A stretch of 64,000 bases of DNA from positions 288,001 to 352,000 of the forward strand of contig CAWDSK010000009.1 of assembly GCA_963804995.1 (NCBI GenBank), written 5' to 3'. Shown piece after piece: positions 48,944 to 59,464 of the stretch; the stretch's first letter is position 1, and every line of letters begins with the position of its first letter. Made by a program: the position numbers and the translations under genes. This stretch comes from an uncultured Acidobacteriota bacterium. GTDB lineage: Bacteria; Acidobacteriota; Terriglobia; UBA7540. A model generated the notes under the pieces. It did no database searches. It saw nothing but the letters and a program-made list of their open reading frames with translations, and was not told the origin of the DNA.

Positions 48944-49470
48944 AAATGGGTACCTCCTTCGCAGATATCCCAAATGATGGATTGTCTCGCCCACGGGATG
49001 TGGAGATCATTCGGTTACGTCGGATTCTGACCGGAAATCATTTCGACCTGCCAAAGGGTCTCACGCAAGGCACTAACTGTGGGCTGGTAAAGGGCGTGCA
49101 TTTTGCGGCCCAAATCGATTACCACTTTACGGATTTCTCGCTGTAACAATAACTGATTGTAAATCAATCGGATGGCGGGATCGGGAGGATGCAATGTTCT
49201 TTCCAATCAGTCATTTAGCCATGTGTTATTCTATAATTTGGATATGATTTTCAGTAGTAGGTATCTCTTTGCGAAATACAGAGGGTTTGATCGTATCTTC
49301 GGCAGGCAAGCAGAGTCAATCCCGGCGCAATAATCAAATGCCCCTGATTGTGCTGCCTGCCGCATTCTGCTTACCGCCTACTGCTTACTGCCTTCTGCAT
49401 TCTGCCTGCTGCCTATCCCGACGGGTCGGGACTCGCACAAGTCGCTCGCTGCCCACCGGCCTCCATCCCC

Positions 49471-49516
49471 AAAAACGAAAAGCCCCTGGTTGTACGCTGA
49501 CCGCACAACCAGGGGC
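49471..49516 (-). terminator. Intrinsic terminator of the small transcription unit
   Basis: 12-bp perfect stem gcccctggttgt/acaaccaggggc followed by ttttcgttttt on the minus strand. Confidence 0.8.
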
Positions 49517-49635
49517 CCGGGTAACTGATGGGTTTGGCTTCCCGTTTTTCGATCGGGACGGCGCCCTGCAGCGCCTTGCCAGAAAACCCTCTCCCGCTAG
49601 AGAGAGGGACCCACGAATGCGCGCGTGCTTAGCGC

Positions 49636-49677
49636 CTAAGCCTCAGCACCCTCGCTACAGTAACTTTCGATCGACAT
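49636..49677 (-). CDS. Candidate 13-aa micro-ORF MSIESYCSEGAEA
   Basis: Directly preceded by AGAAAGGAGGTGATCC (GGAGG 6 nt before the ATG). Confidence 0.45.
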   Translation of the reverse strand: MSIESYCSEGAEA

Positions 49678-49705
49678 GGATCACCTCCTTTCTAGCGATG
49701 GGGCG

Positions 49706-49734
49706 ATAATAAGACTCCATGTCCGTCGAGTCAA
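49706..49734 (-). promoter_or_regulatory. Sigma70-type promoter of the small transcription unit
   Basis: TTGACT-17 bp-TATTAT. Confidence 0.7.
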
Positions 49735-49775
49735 GAGAAAAAAATGGCGAAAATAGGGCGAAAACCGCACGGAAA

Positions 49776-50499
49776 TCACACTTGGTACTGACCCGTGAGG
49801 GCGCGCCAACGTAGAACCAGTAAGTCCAAAATCATGAGCAGGGAGTCGCGGAGATAATGCACTCGGGTGGCGGGGTCGTTGTTCCAGCGCACGGGAACTT
49901 CCACGATCTTTCCTCCCAGGCGCTGGATGAGAAAGAGCACTTCTGGGTCGAAGCCGAAACCTTCCACGCGTTGCAGCTCGAAGGCGCGTCGCGTGGTCTC
50001 GCGGCGAAAGAGTTTGAATCCGCACTGCGTGTCTTGGATGCGCAGTCCCGTGAACATCCGAACCAAAAGGTTGAAGAATCGTCCTCCCCATTCGCGGAAC
50101 TGCGACTGGTGAATGCCGATCAGCTCCCGCTGCAACGCCCTGGAGCCCACGGCCACGTCGGCGCCGGAGGATTCGAGCGCCCTCAGCAGCTTGTCCGCTT
50201 CTGCGATGGGGGCGGAAAGGTCGGCATCGGTGAAGAGGATGAACTCGCCGCGCGCTTCCAGCACTCCGTGCCGAACTGAAAAGCCTTTGCCACGGTTGCG
50301 ATCGTTGGGAAGCACTCGGACTTCCGGGTGGCGCGCTACAACTTGCACGGTGTCGTCCGTTCGAGCCGTCATCCACCACGATCAGTTCGCTAGAGAAATT
50401 CTTCGCGCCCAAATAGCCTCGAATCGCTTCAAGTGAGCTGTGGATGCGACCAGCCTCGTTATACGCGGGGATCACGACACTCAGGAACGGTTCGGACAT
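49776..50499 (-). CDS. Glycosyltransferase family 2 (Dol-P-glucosyltransferase-like), one-base insertion at ~50360
   Basis: SVVIPAYNE...VVDDGS in one frame; NRGKG, FTDADLS, DTQCGFK, FGFDPE in the next; deleting one A gives VVDDGSTDDT. Confidence 0.9.
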
Positions 50500-50583
50500 G
50501 ACGCATGACTATACGGGAAGCGAGCCTCGCGAGTCAAAAGGACGACGGCGGCTGGGGACACGGCTGAAACTTGCGAAACTTAG

Positions 50584-50735
50584 CCCTCTCCGAGGGGTCG
50601 CAGATTCGCCGTGGCGGAAGAGGGTGGACCGCAGCCGGCGTTCTCATCAGCCGGGGCGGGACGGGCCTACGCCCACCGAAGGGGCACATAGAGACTATAA
50701 ACAACTTCGGCTTCGGCCCGCAGGCGGGTGAGGGG
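50584..50735. repeat. CCCTCTCC/GGGTGAGGGG-family REP with nested 59-bp insert
   Basis: Inverted sister copy at 55765-55899; insert-free versions at 22700, 23627 and ~36008. Confidence 0.75.
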
Positions 50736-50805
50736 TCACTTGGGCGTTTGAGAATTCCAGGAATTCAAAGACCATAAGCCCGGCGCTACGGCCGCGGAAA
50801 CTACC

Positions 50806-51477
50806 CTACCCATACCCCTGCGATTTTTCCGGCCACCCGCCTTTTCCAATCAAGGGGACGAACTGACAAGCGTCGAGAAGATGGGTTTCCATTTTGCCGC
50901 CGTGTTTGATGACCAGCAGAAGATCCTGATAATACAAATCACCGACAGGAACAATCAGGCGACCCTCCTCGGCAAGTTGGTCGACCAGAGCCGATGAGAC
51001 GCTCGGCGCCCCGGCCGTCACCATGATGAGGTTGTAGGGCGCCGACGCAGCCAGGCCCTCGCTGCCGTCGCCTAAGAAGACCTGTACGTTCCGAAAGCCC
51101 AGGCGAGCGAGGCGTTCGCGCGCTGCTTCGACCAGCCGGGGATTCCTTTCGATCGTATCGACCTCGGCTCCCAGGTAGGCCAGGATGGCAGCCTGGTATC
51201 CGCTGCCCGTACCCACTTCGAGCGCCCGGTCGCCGGGTTCGACGCGCGCCGCTTCCGTCATGGCCGCGACCATGTAGGGCTGCGAAATCGTCTCAAGATT
51301 CCCAATGGGCAAGGGACGATCCTCGTAAGCGGCCGCGGCAAGTTCCGGTGGAACGAATTCATGGCGGGGAACTTGCAGCATGGCCTCAAGCACGCGCTCA
51401 TCGCGGATGCCTCGCCTGCGTAACTGCAACTCGATCATGTCGTGGGCGCGTTCTTCGAACTGCTTGGCGGTAATCAT
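50806..51477 (-). CDS. pcm: Protein-L-isoaspartate O-methyltransferase
   Basis: VPRHEFV, TISQPYMVA, LEVGTGSGYQAA, GRLIVPVG, FVPL; start uncertain. Confidence 0.95.
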   Translation of the reverse strand: MITAKQFEERAHDMIELQLRRRGIRDERVLEAMLQVPRHEFVPPELAAAAYEDRPLPIGNLETISQPYMVAAMTEAARVEPGDRALEVGTGSGYQAAILAYLGAEVDTIERNPRLVEAARERLARLGFRNVQVFLGDGSEGLAASAPYNLIMVTAGAPSVSSALVDQLAEEGRLIVPVGDLYYQDLLLVIKHGGKMETHLLDACQFVPLIGKGGWPEKSQGYG

Positions 51478-52150
51478 GTGAAACTGGCGGAAACAATTCA
51501 CCCGCCTGTTGCTGGCGCTTGCGGCTGGGTCTACCTGCAACCTTCGGCTAATGCCTATCATCCCTCCGGCGAGGGAGCACGTCCAGTCCATAATCGCCGT
51601 CATGGATTCAGCGAGTTTTGCGCTGCAAGTCCGAAAACCTTTGTAGTTTTAGCACTATCTTTGTACCATTTGAGGTATTACGAAAACAAGAATGGCGCGG
51701 TCGTTTGGTTGGGGCTCGACCGCCTTGCGCCACCCGCTTCGAGAGTCTACGGTCCTTAATAAAGTTGGTGTGCGAATCGGAGGTGGAAAATCTGCCCGCC
51801 CGGCTCGATGAGGGGTGAAATGGTCGGGCTCGGCATCGCCTAGTCGCCTGCTCAACATTGGCAGGCCCACGACTTTTTGTCATTAGTGGGACAGTCCCAC
51901 TTGTTGCTCTCCGCGCGGTTGCGCGCGCGAGGTCCCACCAACTTTCCGGGTTCCATGCGTTTTTCCGTTGATTTTTCGTCAAGGGCTCCAGCGCGCTTAA
52001 CTTCAAAGAGTGACTCCGCATAACGACATTCGGTGACTGCCAATCCGCACGGCACTACGTTTGGAATGGGAGCGTATAATTGTATGGGTTGGGCAACGGC
52101 AAGACCGCGAACGCATGTGACGTCGTTTATCCCGGAAGGTTGAATTAGCA

Positions 52151-53164
52151 ATGAATGCTGAGAAGTATTCGCGACAGATCCTTTTTTCGCGCATCGGGGC
52201 GGAAGGGCAAAAGCGATTGCTGCAATCGCGGGCTGTGATACTGGGCTGCGGCGCGTTGGGGACTGCGCAGGCCAATGCTCTGGTACGCGCCGGCGTGGGA
52301 ACCTTGCGGATTGTGGATCGCGACTTCGTCGAAGAGTCGAACCTGCAACGTCAGATGCTTTTTGACGAAGCCGATGCGCGCGAGAGTTTGCCCAAGGCGG
52401 TGGCCGCGGCGCGGAAGCTCCGGCAAATCAATTCGGATGTGCGCGTGGAAGGTATTGTCGCTGACGCCGACAGCCGCAACATCGAGGAATTCATCGAGGG
52501 CTTCCAGGTCGTGCTGGATGCGACGGACAATTTCGAAGCGCGTTTTCTGCTGAATGACGCGGCGGTGAAAATGGAGATCCCCTGGGTGTATGGCGCCGTC
52601 GTAGCCAGTTACGCGGCCTCGATGACCATCCTTCCCGGGCGAACGGCGTGTCTGGCTTGTGTGTTTCCCAAATCTCCCCGGGGGATGCACGAGACTTGTG
52701 ACACGGTGGGCGTGATCAGTCCGGCTGTCTCCTGGGCCGCGGCAATCCAGGTGACGGAAGCGCTCAAGATTCTGCTGGGTCGCGAAGACGAGTTGCACGG
52801 TTCGTTGCTCGCCTACGATGTTTGGAGCAACCACTATCAACAGGTGAAGCCCCAGCGGGATTCCGCATGCCGGGTTTGTGTGGCCCACGAGTTTGCTCAT
52901 CTGGAGCTCGGTGGGCCAACGCACCTCAGCCTGTGCGGCCGGAACTCCGTGCAGATTCATCAAGCCGAGTCGCGGTCGCTCGACCTCGAAGCGCTGAAAA
53001 TACGGCTCGAGCAATTCGGACCGGTACGCGCCAATGAGTTCCTGCTCAAATGCTTCCTTGACCCCTACGAGTTGACGATCTTTCCCGATGGCCGCGCCAT
53101 CGTGAAGGGAACCCAGGACACCGCCGTGGCCCGCGCCATCTATGCCCGCTACATTGGCTCCTGA
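52151..53164 (+). CDS. ThiF/MoeB-family adenylyltransferase
   Basis: YSRQILF, GCGALG, DRDFVEESNLQRQ, DATDNF, CLAC, TCDTVG, CRVC, LCGRNSVQ. Confidence 0.93.
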   Translation: MNAEKYSRQILFSRIGAEGQKRLLQSRAVILGCGALGTAQANALVRAGVGTLRIVDRDFVEESNLQRQMLFDEADARESLPKAVAAARKLRQINSDVRVEGIVADADSRNIEEFIEGFQVVLDATDNFEARFLLNDAAVKMEIPWVYGAVVASYAASMTILPGRTACLACVFPKSPRGMHETCDTVGVISPAVSWAAAIQVTEALKILLGREDELHGSLLAYDVWSNHYQQVKPQRDSACRVCVAHEFAHLELGGPTHLSLCGRNSVQIHQAESRSLDLEALKIRLEQFGPVRANEFLLKCFLDPYELTIFPDGRAIVKGTQDTAVARAIYARYIGS

Positions 53165-53304
53165 AACGAATCAGGCGCAGATTGATTCGCCGCACCACGT
53201 GGTGAAGGCCTCGCCCCCCTTTGATTCGAAATGTTATACTGACCCCCCTTTTATTGAAACACCCGAATCTTCAGAGGCTACCTGCGGATAAGGAGAGTAG
53301 AGGA

Positions 53305-55704
53305 ATGATTGGCTTTTTCCTGGGATTGGGTCTGATGTGCGCCTGCACTTTGATGTACGAAATCACTTTGACCCGCTTACTGAGCGTGACGTGCTGGTAC
53401 TACCTCGCGTTCGTATCGGTTTCGATGGCGATGTTCGGGATGACGGCGGGCGCGCTCACGGTGCAGCTCCATCCCGCGCTGTTTGATCCGAAGCAGGTGC
53501 GATTACGTATGGCCCAGGCGTCTTTTGCCATGGCCGTGTCGATGCCCATTGTCCTGATGATCATGTTCACCATTCCGCTTGATGTTTCCTTTGCCCTCCA
53601 AACGGTTTCGAGCTTCCTGATCTTCTGCTCCATCATCGCCGTCCCCTTCTTCGGTGCGGGAATTGTTGTCTGCCTCTCCCTCACCAAGGCTTCCGCTCCC
53701 ATTGGGCGGGTTTACTTCGCTGACCTGATGGGCGCGGCGGCAGGATGTTTCGGCTCGGTGATTCTCTTGAATCTGATTGACGCTCCGAGCGCCGTCCTGG
53801 TCATTTCCGCCCTGGTCTTTTTGAGCGCCTCAGCCTACGCTCATTTCGCAAACCAACCGCAACTTCAGAGGCGCAGCTACATTTGGGCGGGTGTGCTGGT
53901 GGTGCTGGCGGCCCTGAACGCTTCGACAGTTCATGGAATTCAGCCCATCTGGTCCAAAGGCCGGATCGACCGGCGCAGCCACATTCTCTACGAGGCGTGG
54001 AACCCGATTTCCCGGATCCGAGCTGTGGACCCGGTGATGGAGTCTCAATTCGGAGGTCCCCAGACGCCGCTAATCTCGAAGGAACGAATCTATGTGGACA
54101 TCGACAATGATGCCGCCACTTGGATTTTTCCTTTCCGGGGCGATCTTAAAGAGGTGGATTTTCTCCGCTACGGAGTGAACTCCCTGGGGGAGCGATTGCG
54201 GGCGGGGGGCAGCGCTGCGATCATGGGTGTGGGCGGGGGGCAAGACGTCTTGTCCTGCGCTCTTTACGGTTTTCGCCGCATCGTGGGAATTGAGATCAAT
54301 CACACCATTGTGAATATCACCTCACAACGCCTCGCGTGGTATTCAGGCTTCGGCAAAATCCCCAACTTTGAGTTGCACAACGATGAAGCCCGCAGTTACC
54401 TGACTCGCACGCATGAGGATTTCGACCTGATTCAGGCTACCCTGGTCGATACCTGGGCCGCCACCGCCGCCGGAGCCATGGCCCTCACGGAGAACTCACT
54501 TTATACGCTGGAGGCGTGGCAAATCTTTTACCGCCATCTCAAGCCGGGCGGCGTCATCGCATTCAGCCGCTGGAACCATAAACCCGATTTTCACGAAAGC
54601 ACCCGCCTTTTCTCCTTGGCATACGCCACCCTGCTCAGCGAAGGCATTCAGGACCCGGAAAGTCACCTGGCCATGATCGAGCAGGAGGAATTGGCCACCC
54701 TCCTAGTAAGCAACCAACCTTTCAGCCCACAGGATCTGGAAAAGATTCGCTCGACAGCCAAGGAATTGAAAGGCGTGATTCTTTATCTGCCCGGGGAAGA
54801 ATTGGGGATGCAGCAGTTGACGCCGGTATTGCAGGCGCGCACCCTCCAAGGTTTGGCGGCGCTACGTTCCAAGGCTTATTTTGATCTTTCTCCGCCCTCC
54901 GATTCTTCCCCATACTTTTTCAGCTTTGTGCGTTTCCACGCCATTCCGGCAATCCTGCGAATTCCTGGCGTTGATGAGAAGGTGCTTCTTCCGCTTTTGC
55001 ATTTAACCATTTTCATGGTGGCCGCCTTGATTCTCGTGGCCCTGACCATCGTGTGGCCTGCCAGCCGCTGGGCGCGATTGCAGCAAGGAGCAGCCCCCGC
55101 GCCGGCGGGTGCCATCCTCTACTTCATCGGAATCGGTCTGGGATTCATGCTGGCGGAAATGGGGATGATGCAACAGCTCTCGATCTTTCTCGGGCAACCC
55201 ATGTACTCGCTGGTCGTGGTGCTGGCGGGGCTGATTCTTTCCGCGGGCTTGGGTAGCTTCGTGTCCGATCGAATCCAGTTGGGCACAGCCTGGATGGGTC
55301 GAATGCCCGCGCTCGCTTCCGGCTTGGTGATTCTACTTTATTCTGCTGGGGTCCTACCCGCGATTCACTCGGCAGTGGCAGGAGTGCTGTGGCAGCGCGT
55401 GGCGGTCTGCCTGGCGTTGGTGCTTCCTTGCGGTTTCGTGATGGGCTTCTGCTTCCCGGTCGGAATGCGTTGGGCCACCGAACTCGGCCAAGAGGGAAAT
55501 CTACCTTGGATGTGGGCGCTGAACGGTGCAGCCTCTGTCCTGGCCACCTTCATTGCCATGTGCATCTCGACGGAGATCAGCATTCGCGCCTGCGTGCTGA
55601 CGGGCGCGGTCTGCTATGCGCTGGCCGGAATCCTTCTCCCCGGAAGGCGCGAGTCAATCCCAGCCAAGCCGCTGATCGCAACGGAAGCGAGGGTGGAGGG
55701 CTAG
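53305..55704 (+). CDS. Polytopic membrane protein with central spermidine-synthase-like SAM-binding domain
   Basis: TM blocks flanking MGVGGGQD, GIEIN, DEARSY, ENSLYT.EA; WMWALNG. Confidence 0.85.
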   Translation: MIGFFLGLGLMCACTLMYEITLTRLLSVTCWYYLAFVSVSMAMFGMTAGALTVQLHPALFDPKQVRLRMAQASFAMAVSMPIVLMIMFTIPLDVSFALQTVSSFLIFCSIIAVPFFGAGIVVCLSLTKASAPIGRVYFADLMGAAAGCFGSVILLNLIDAPSAVLVISALVFLSASAYAHFANQPQLQRRSYIWAGVLVVLAALNASTVHGIQPIWSKGRIDRRSHILYEAWNPISRIRAVDPVMESQFGGPQTPLISKERIYVDIDNDAATWIFPFRGDLKEVDFLRYGVNSLGERLRAGGSAAIMGVGGGQDVLSCALYGFRRIVGIEINHTIVNITSQRLAWYSGFGKIPNFELHNDEARSYLTRTHEDFDLIQATLVDTWAATAAGAMALTENSLYTLEAWQIFYRHLKPGGVIAFSRWNHKPDFHESTRLFSLAYATLLSEGIQDPESHLAMIEQEELATLLVSNQPFSPQDLEKIRSTAKELKGVILYLPGEELGMQQLTPVLQARTLQGLAALRSKAYFDLSPPSDSSPYFFSFVRFHAIPAILRIPGVDEKVLLPLLHLTIFMVAALILVALTIVWPASRWARLQQGAAPAPAGAILYFIGIGLGFMLAEMGMMQQLSIFLGQPMYSLVVVLAGLILSAGLGSFVSDRIQLGTAWMGRMPALASGLVILLYSAGVLPAIHSAVAGVLWQRVAVCLALVLPCGFVMGFCFPVGMRWATELGQEGNLPWMWALNGAASVLATFIAMCISTEISIRACVLTGAVCYALAGILLPGRRESIPAKPLIATEARVEG

Positions 55705-56054
55705 TCCCAATATTGTTCAATTAAGCTTTTTTAGGGGGATGGGCTTGCGTTCGATGTCATGACCCCCCTCACCCGCCTGCGGGCCGAAGCTGAAGTTGTT
55801 TACGGCTCCCAGATGCCCCTTCGGTGGGCGTAGGCCCGTCCCGCTCCGGCTGATGAAAACGCCGGCCGCGGTCCACCCTCTCCCCCAAACGGGAGAGGGC
55901 AATGAATTCAAAAGTTATGGTGGGAGCATAGATTCAAGGAAGTCGAAAGCTCTGAAAAAATTGAAGGGAGAATTGGGGCGGCGTTTCGCGCGCGGGACAC
56001 TAAGAGACGTGCTGCCCCACAGCAGTGCGGCAAGAATGCATGTCGCCAAGAACC

Positions 56055-56735
56055 TCAGTCGCGGGCGCCGCGCAAATGGTTTGCCGCGCTGGTCGCGGAG
56101 GCACTATGCGTGATCTCCAGCGCTCGCGTCAACTGGTAGTTGAGCTGAGTCCCTGCCGGAATCGTCAAATCCTTACCTCTCCGGCGCAGGCGATCGATGG
56201 TGGTTGCCGTGGCGCCAAACGTGGCCCCGATAAAGGGGTGAGCGAATATCAAACCTACCAGTGTGCCGCCGACAGTTCCTGCCCCGATCTCTTTGGCATC
56301 GGCGACGCGTGAACTTGGGCCCTTGACGAGCCCTTCATTGCCGACCACCTTCGCGTGCTCCGCTCCATAGGCGGTCATCAGGACGGCGCTGAGAGGAAAG
56401 GTGCGGCCATCGGGAAACGAGATGTGCTCCACATCCAGCCGCATCTGGCCAACGCCCTTGATGCGCCCGGGCTTGTCCATTTGCGCGATGCGCCCCTGAA
56501 GCGTCGCGCCGGCGGGAATCATCTCGCGGCCATCGAGCATGACGGGCTCAGAGACGCTGGCGGCGAAAGCATCACCTTGGAAATTGAGTTTGGTGGTCAG
56601 AGTCTCGGTGACGCGGCAATGCAGCATGGTTCCGGCGGGGATGGAGAGCGACTCTCCTTTCGCCGGTGATTCTGCAAATGCCAGTGGGATGCCTGCGGCG
56701 GCAAGTAAAACGGCCAGCAAAGCGCGCTTGACCAT
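56055..56735 (-). CDS. Secreted hypothetical protein (IPAGT beta-domain, TrbI/VirB10-like pattern)
   Basis: Signal peptide; IPAGT/IPAGA repeats; Gly-rich hydrophobic segment; AAGGAGG RBS. Confidence 0.75.
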   Translation of the reverse strand: MVKRALLAVLLAAAGIPLAFAESPAKGESLSIPAGTMLHCRVTETLTTKLNFQGDAFAASVSEPVMLDGREMIPAGATLQGRIAQMDKPGRIKGVGQMRLDVEHISFPDGRTFPLSAVLMTAYGAEHAKVVGNEGLVKGPSSRVADAKEIGAGTVGGTLVGLIFAHPFIGATFGATATTIDRLRRRGKDLTIPAGTQLNYQLTRALEITHSASATSAANHLRGARD

Positions 56736-56866
56736 AGTAGACCTCCTTAAGGTCACTACCTGGCCGGACCTGGCGCTTTATCCAGCTTGATTCGAACGGC
56801 GAGTGCGGGCTGCGAAAGCAAGCAGGAGACCCGCTCACGGTGAACGGGTCCCCCCCTCGGAAGCTC

Positions 56867-57745
56867 TTAGTGCGTTCCCTCCGAACGCGAGGCAACCTGG
56901 GTAACACCCTTCGGGGTGCTGACGTAACCCTTCACCTGACTGGATTCTACACTATTAACCACCAATTCATAGGGTTTTTTTGAGCCATTCACGTAGAAGA
57001 TGATGGGCTCGTTGACACTCCGGTCCTTCTTCTCAACCTGCATGTTGTCTACCGTAAGCGCCACGTTGAAGCGATAGCGCTTCACATTGGTTCTCTTCAG
57101 GTCCAGGCCTACACCCGCCACGGTGGTGGGGTGATTCCTTTCAAGAGTGAATTCGACGTAGTCACGCTCACCCAGCTTGCGCAGGTATTCTATGTCGTCA
57201 TGGTTTCGCGCGATGAGCGTGCCCAGTTCGCTGCGGGCCATTCCCAAATCGCCTGACAACGTGGTAACGGCTTTCTTGGTCGTGTCGAGATCTACCTTGG
57301 TGGAAGAAACGTCCTGGGTCAACGCGCCAAGCTGCTGCTGGTCAGCCTTCGTGGCCAGTTCTTCAGCTTGCTTGCGCTGCTGGTCCTGGAGCTCAGTCAC
57401 CATGGCGCGGGCGCGTTTCAACTCGCCTCCCTGTGAGCCCAAGTGCTTCGCCGCCTGGTCAAGCTCCGTTTTGACGGCGTCCAGTTGCCGTGCATCCTGC
57501 TCTTCGAGAGCCGTCAGGCGGGTCGAAACTTCTTGCTGAAATTGGGTGGTCAACTCGCTACGCATCTGGCTTTGCTGCGCCACCAACGCTTGACGCGTTG
57601 AGCTTAGCTTGTCGACGGTATAAAACTCTCCCACGGCCAAGGCCGCGAGGACGAGGGTAATCACCAGCAATTGAATGCCGTGACTCGATTGTCCGGCGGG
57701 TTCCACCGAAACGCTTTCCTGTTTTGGGATGTTGTCGATCGCCAT
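56867..57745 (-). CDS. Membrane-anchored coiled-coil hypothetical protein
   Basis: TM helix, long heptad region, C-terminal beta domain (GERDYVEF...GYVSTPK). Confidence 0.8.
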   Translation of the reverse strand: MAIDNIPKQESVSVEPAGQSSHGIQLLVITLVLAALAVGEFYTVDKLSSTRQALVAQQSQMRSELTTQFQQEVSTRLTALEEQDARQLDAVKTELDQAAKHLGSQGGELKRARAMVTELQDQQRKQAEELATKADQQQLGALTQDVSSTKVDLDTTKKAVTTLSGDLGMARSELGTLIARNHDDIEYLRKLGERDYVEFTLERNHPTTVAGVGLDLKRTNVKRYRFNVALTVDNMQVEKKDRSVNEPIIFYVNGSKKPYELVVNSVESSQVKGYVSTPKGVTQVASRSEGTH

Positions 57746-57972
57746 GATAGTCACTCCTTCTGGCTCTAATCTGCCTCGGGGAGCGTCACAGCTTACCTTT
57801 CATCCGCTTCCCCCGCAGGAAGAAGGGCACGCCACGGGCCAACCTTGATATCTTCCAACATCTTGTTTATGAGTCTTTTACAGACATGGCAGGGTTGACC
57901 CCAGGGTTTGCGACCCCGCAAATCTTACGCGCGGCAGGTAAAAAATACGGGCGGGATTCACGGGTTTAAGCA

Positions 57973-59337
57973 TTATTTCCGCGTGATGGCCGCGGAGGCG
58001 GTTGCAGGCAGCAGTTCGATACCTCTCCCCCCCGTGAGGACTCGAAAGCGCAAGCCAAATATCGTCATATGGCAACTGTCGGCCCATCGCGCACCCGCGG
58101 TTTGCTGGTAGGCAATGAAGACGGAACCGTCAGGCAACTGAACCCCTCGTGAATATCCATACACGGAAGGGTCTATAGAAAAACCGTAATCCGGCCCTGC
58201 GGCAAACCAAGTTTTTCCGCCATCGGGACTGAGAATAGCCCGGAGGCCACGCCTTTCCTGATTGTACGAACCATGAACACAAAGCAATGTCCCGTCTTTC
58301 AGGGTGAGCAGCCAGGGGTCGAACATTCTGAACGGCAGGCGGACGGGATCCGTCCAGGTGTGTCCTCCGTCGCTCGACCAAGCGAGCGCGCCTTCCGGTC
58401 GGGCAACCATAATCAGCCGGCCATCCCGCAAAAGTGCGATGCTCGATTCATCGAGGTCATAATACGTCTTAAGGGTTCCTATGCATTTCCAGGTGTCTCC
58501 TTGGTCCTTCGATTGGAACACCCCAAACTGCAGCGCGTCGGGCTCGGGCTTTTTCGCGCTGCCTTCGGGCGTCCACAGTGTCGTCTTTTCTAATCTGAAA
58601 TTTGGCTTTTCAGGGTCCAGCGGGTCATTGTTGCCATAGACGCAAACGAGGATGGACTTGTCCGGCATCTCCAGCGGAGGACCATTCGTGGAGGTCCAGG
58701 TGAAAGGTCCGTTCAACCATCGGGGGTTTTGTTCCCATGTCTTGCCGTCATCGAACGAACGGATGATTCCCGTTTGTTTGCCACCCCGCCCGTCGTAATC
58801 GAAGAGGCTGGCGACCAGAGTTCCATCGGACAACTGAAGTGGCGCAGGGGCACAGTCGTCATTGGGTGTGTCAATCATCAACTGAGGCGCCGACCAGGTG
58901 AGGCCATTGTCTTCAGAACGGATGATTTCCGCCCGGCCGCCCCGGGGAGCGTTGAAAGTCGATAAGTCAACGCCCGACACCTCCTCGAACAGTTCCCTAA
59001 AATCGCGAGGCAGGAGGATAGGGCCTGTGGGCGGCGATCCGTGCCAATACCCGGAAGAAAAGGTAACCAGGAGCGCGCCCGCTTTGGTGTGCACAACTCC
59101 CGCCCACCCTACAAAACCCGCATAGCCGGGGTAGGGCTTGGGCTGGTTCATTCCGGGCCCGACCAGGATGCGTCGGAATCGCGCGTAGGGGGTCTGCTCA
59201 GGGCTGACAACGATGGTAACGGTTGGCCGCGTAGCCGATGGTCTGCCGACCTCAGCGGCGGTGGCCGGAAGCCCCGCTGGCAGGCAGGTGAGTAGCACTC
59301 CGAAACCCACAGTGACAGCGAGTGCGGATAACCTCAT
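57973..59337 (-). CDS. BNR/Asp-box sialidase-like protein, secreted
   Basis: Five Asp boxes: SEDNGLTW, SFDDGKTW, SKDQGDTW, SSDGGHTW, SPDGGKTW. Confidence 0.88.
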   Translation of the reverse strand: MRLSALAVTVGFGVLLTCLPAGLPATAAEVGRPSATRPTVTIVVSPEQTPYARFRRILVGPGMNQPKPYPGYAGFVGWAGVVHTKAGALLVTFSSGYWHGSPPTGPILLPRDFRELFEEVSGVDLSTFNAPRGGRAEIIRSEDNGLTWSAPQLMIDTPNDDCAPAPLQLSDGTLVASLFDYDGRGGKQTGIIRSFDDGKTWEQNPRWLNGPFTWTSTNGPPLEMPDKSILVCVYGNNDPLDPEKPNFRLEKTTLWTPEGSAKKPEPDALQFGVFQSKDQGDTWKCIGTLKTYYDLDESSIALLRDGRLIMVARPEGALAWSSDGGHTWTDPVRLPFRMFDPWLLTLKDGTLLCVHGSYNQERRGLRAILSPDGGKTWFAAGPDYGFSIDPSVYGYSRGVQLPDGSVFIAYQQTAGARWADSCHMTIFGLRFRVLTGGRGIELLPATASAAITRK

Positions 59338-59464
59338 TCTGATCCTCGATCAGCGGGTGAGGCAGCGCGGCGGAGCCGCAACCAAACGTGTAGGGGCTTG
59401 CGCCGTGGGGCACATGATGCCGCCCGCTATGCGGGCTTTCCAGCAACCCATTCGGCAATCCAAC

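Noticed and set aside
49520..49600. c-di-GMP or other known riboswitch in the structured tail
   Set aside because: Conserved GEMM, c-di-GMP-II and ydaO nucleotides are not recognisable; needs cmscan.
49677..49693. 16S rRNA gene fragment
   Set aside because: Only the terminal 17 nt match; the preceding helix 45 sequence is absent. Treated as a minus-strand SD element instead.
57827..57841. Sigma54-like site TGGCCC-N5-GTGC on the minus strand
   Set aside because: Two deviations from consensus in GC-rich DNA; not distinguishable from chance.
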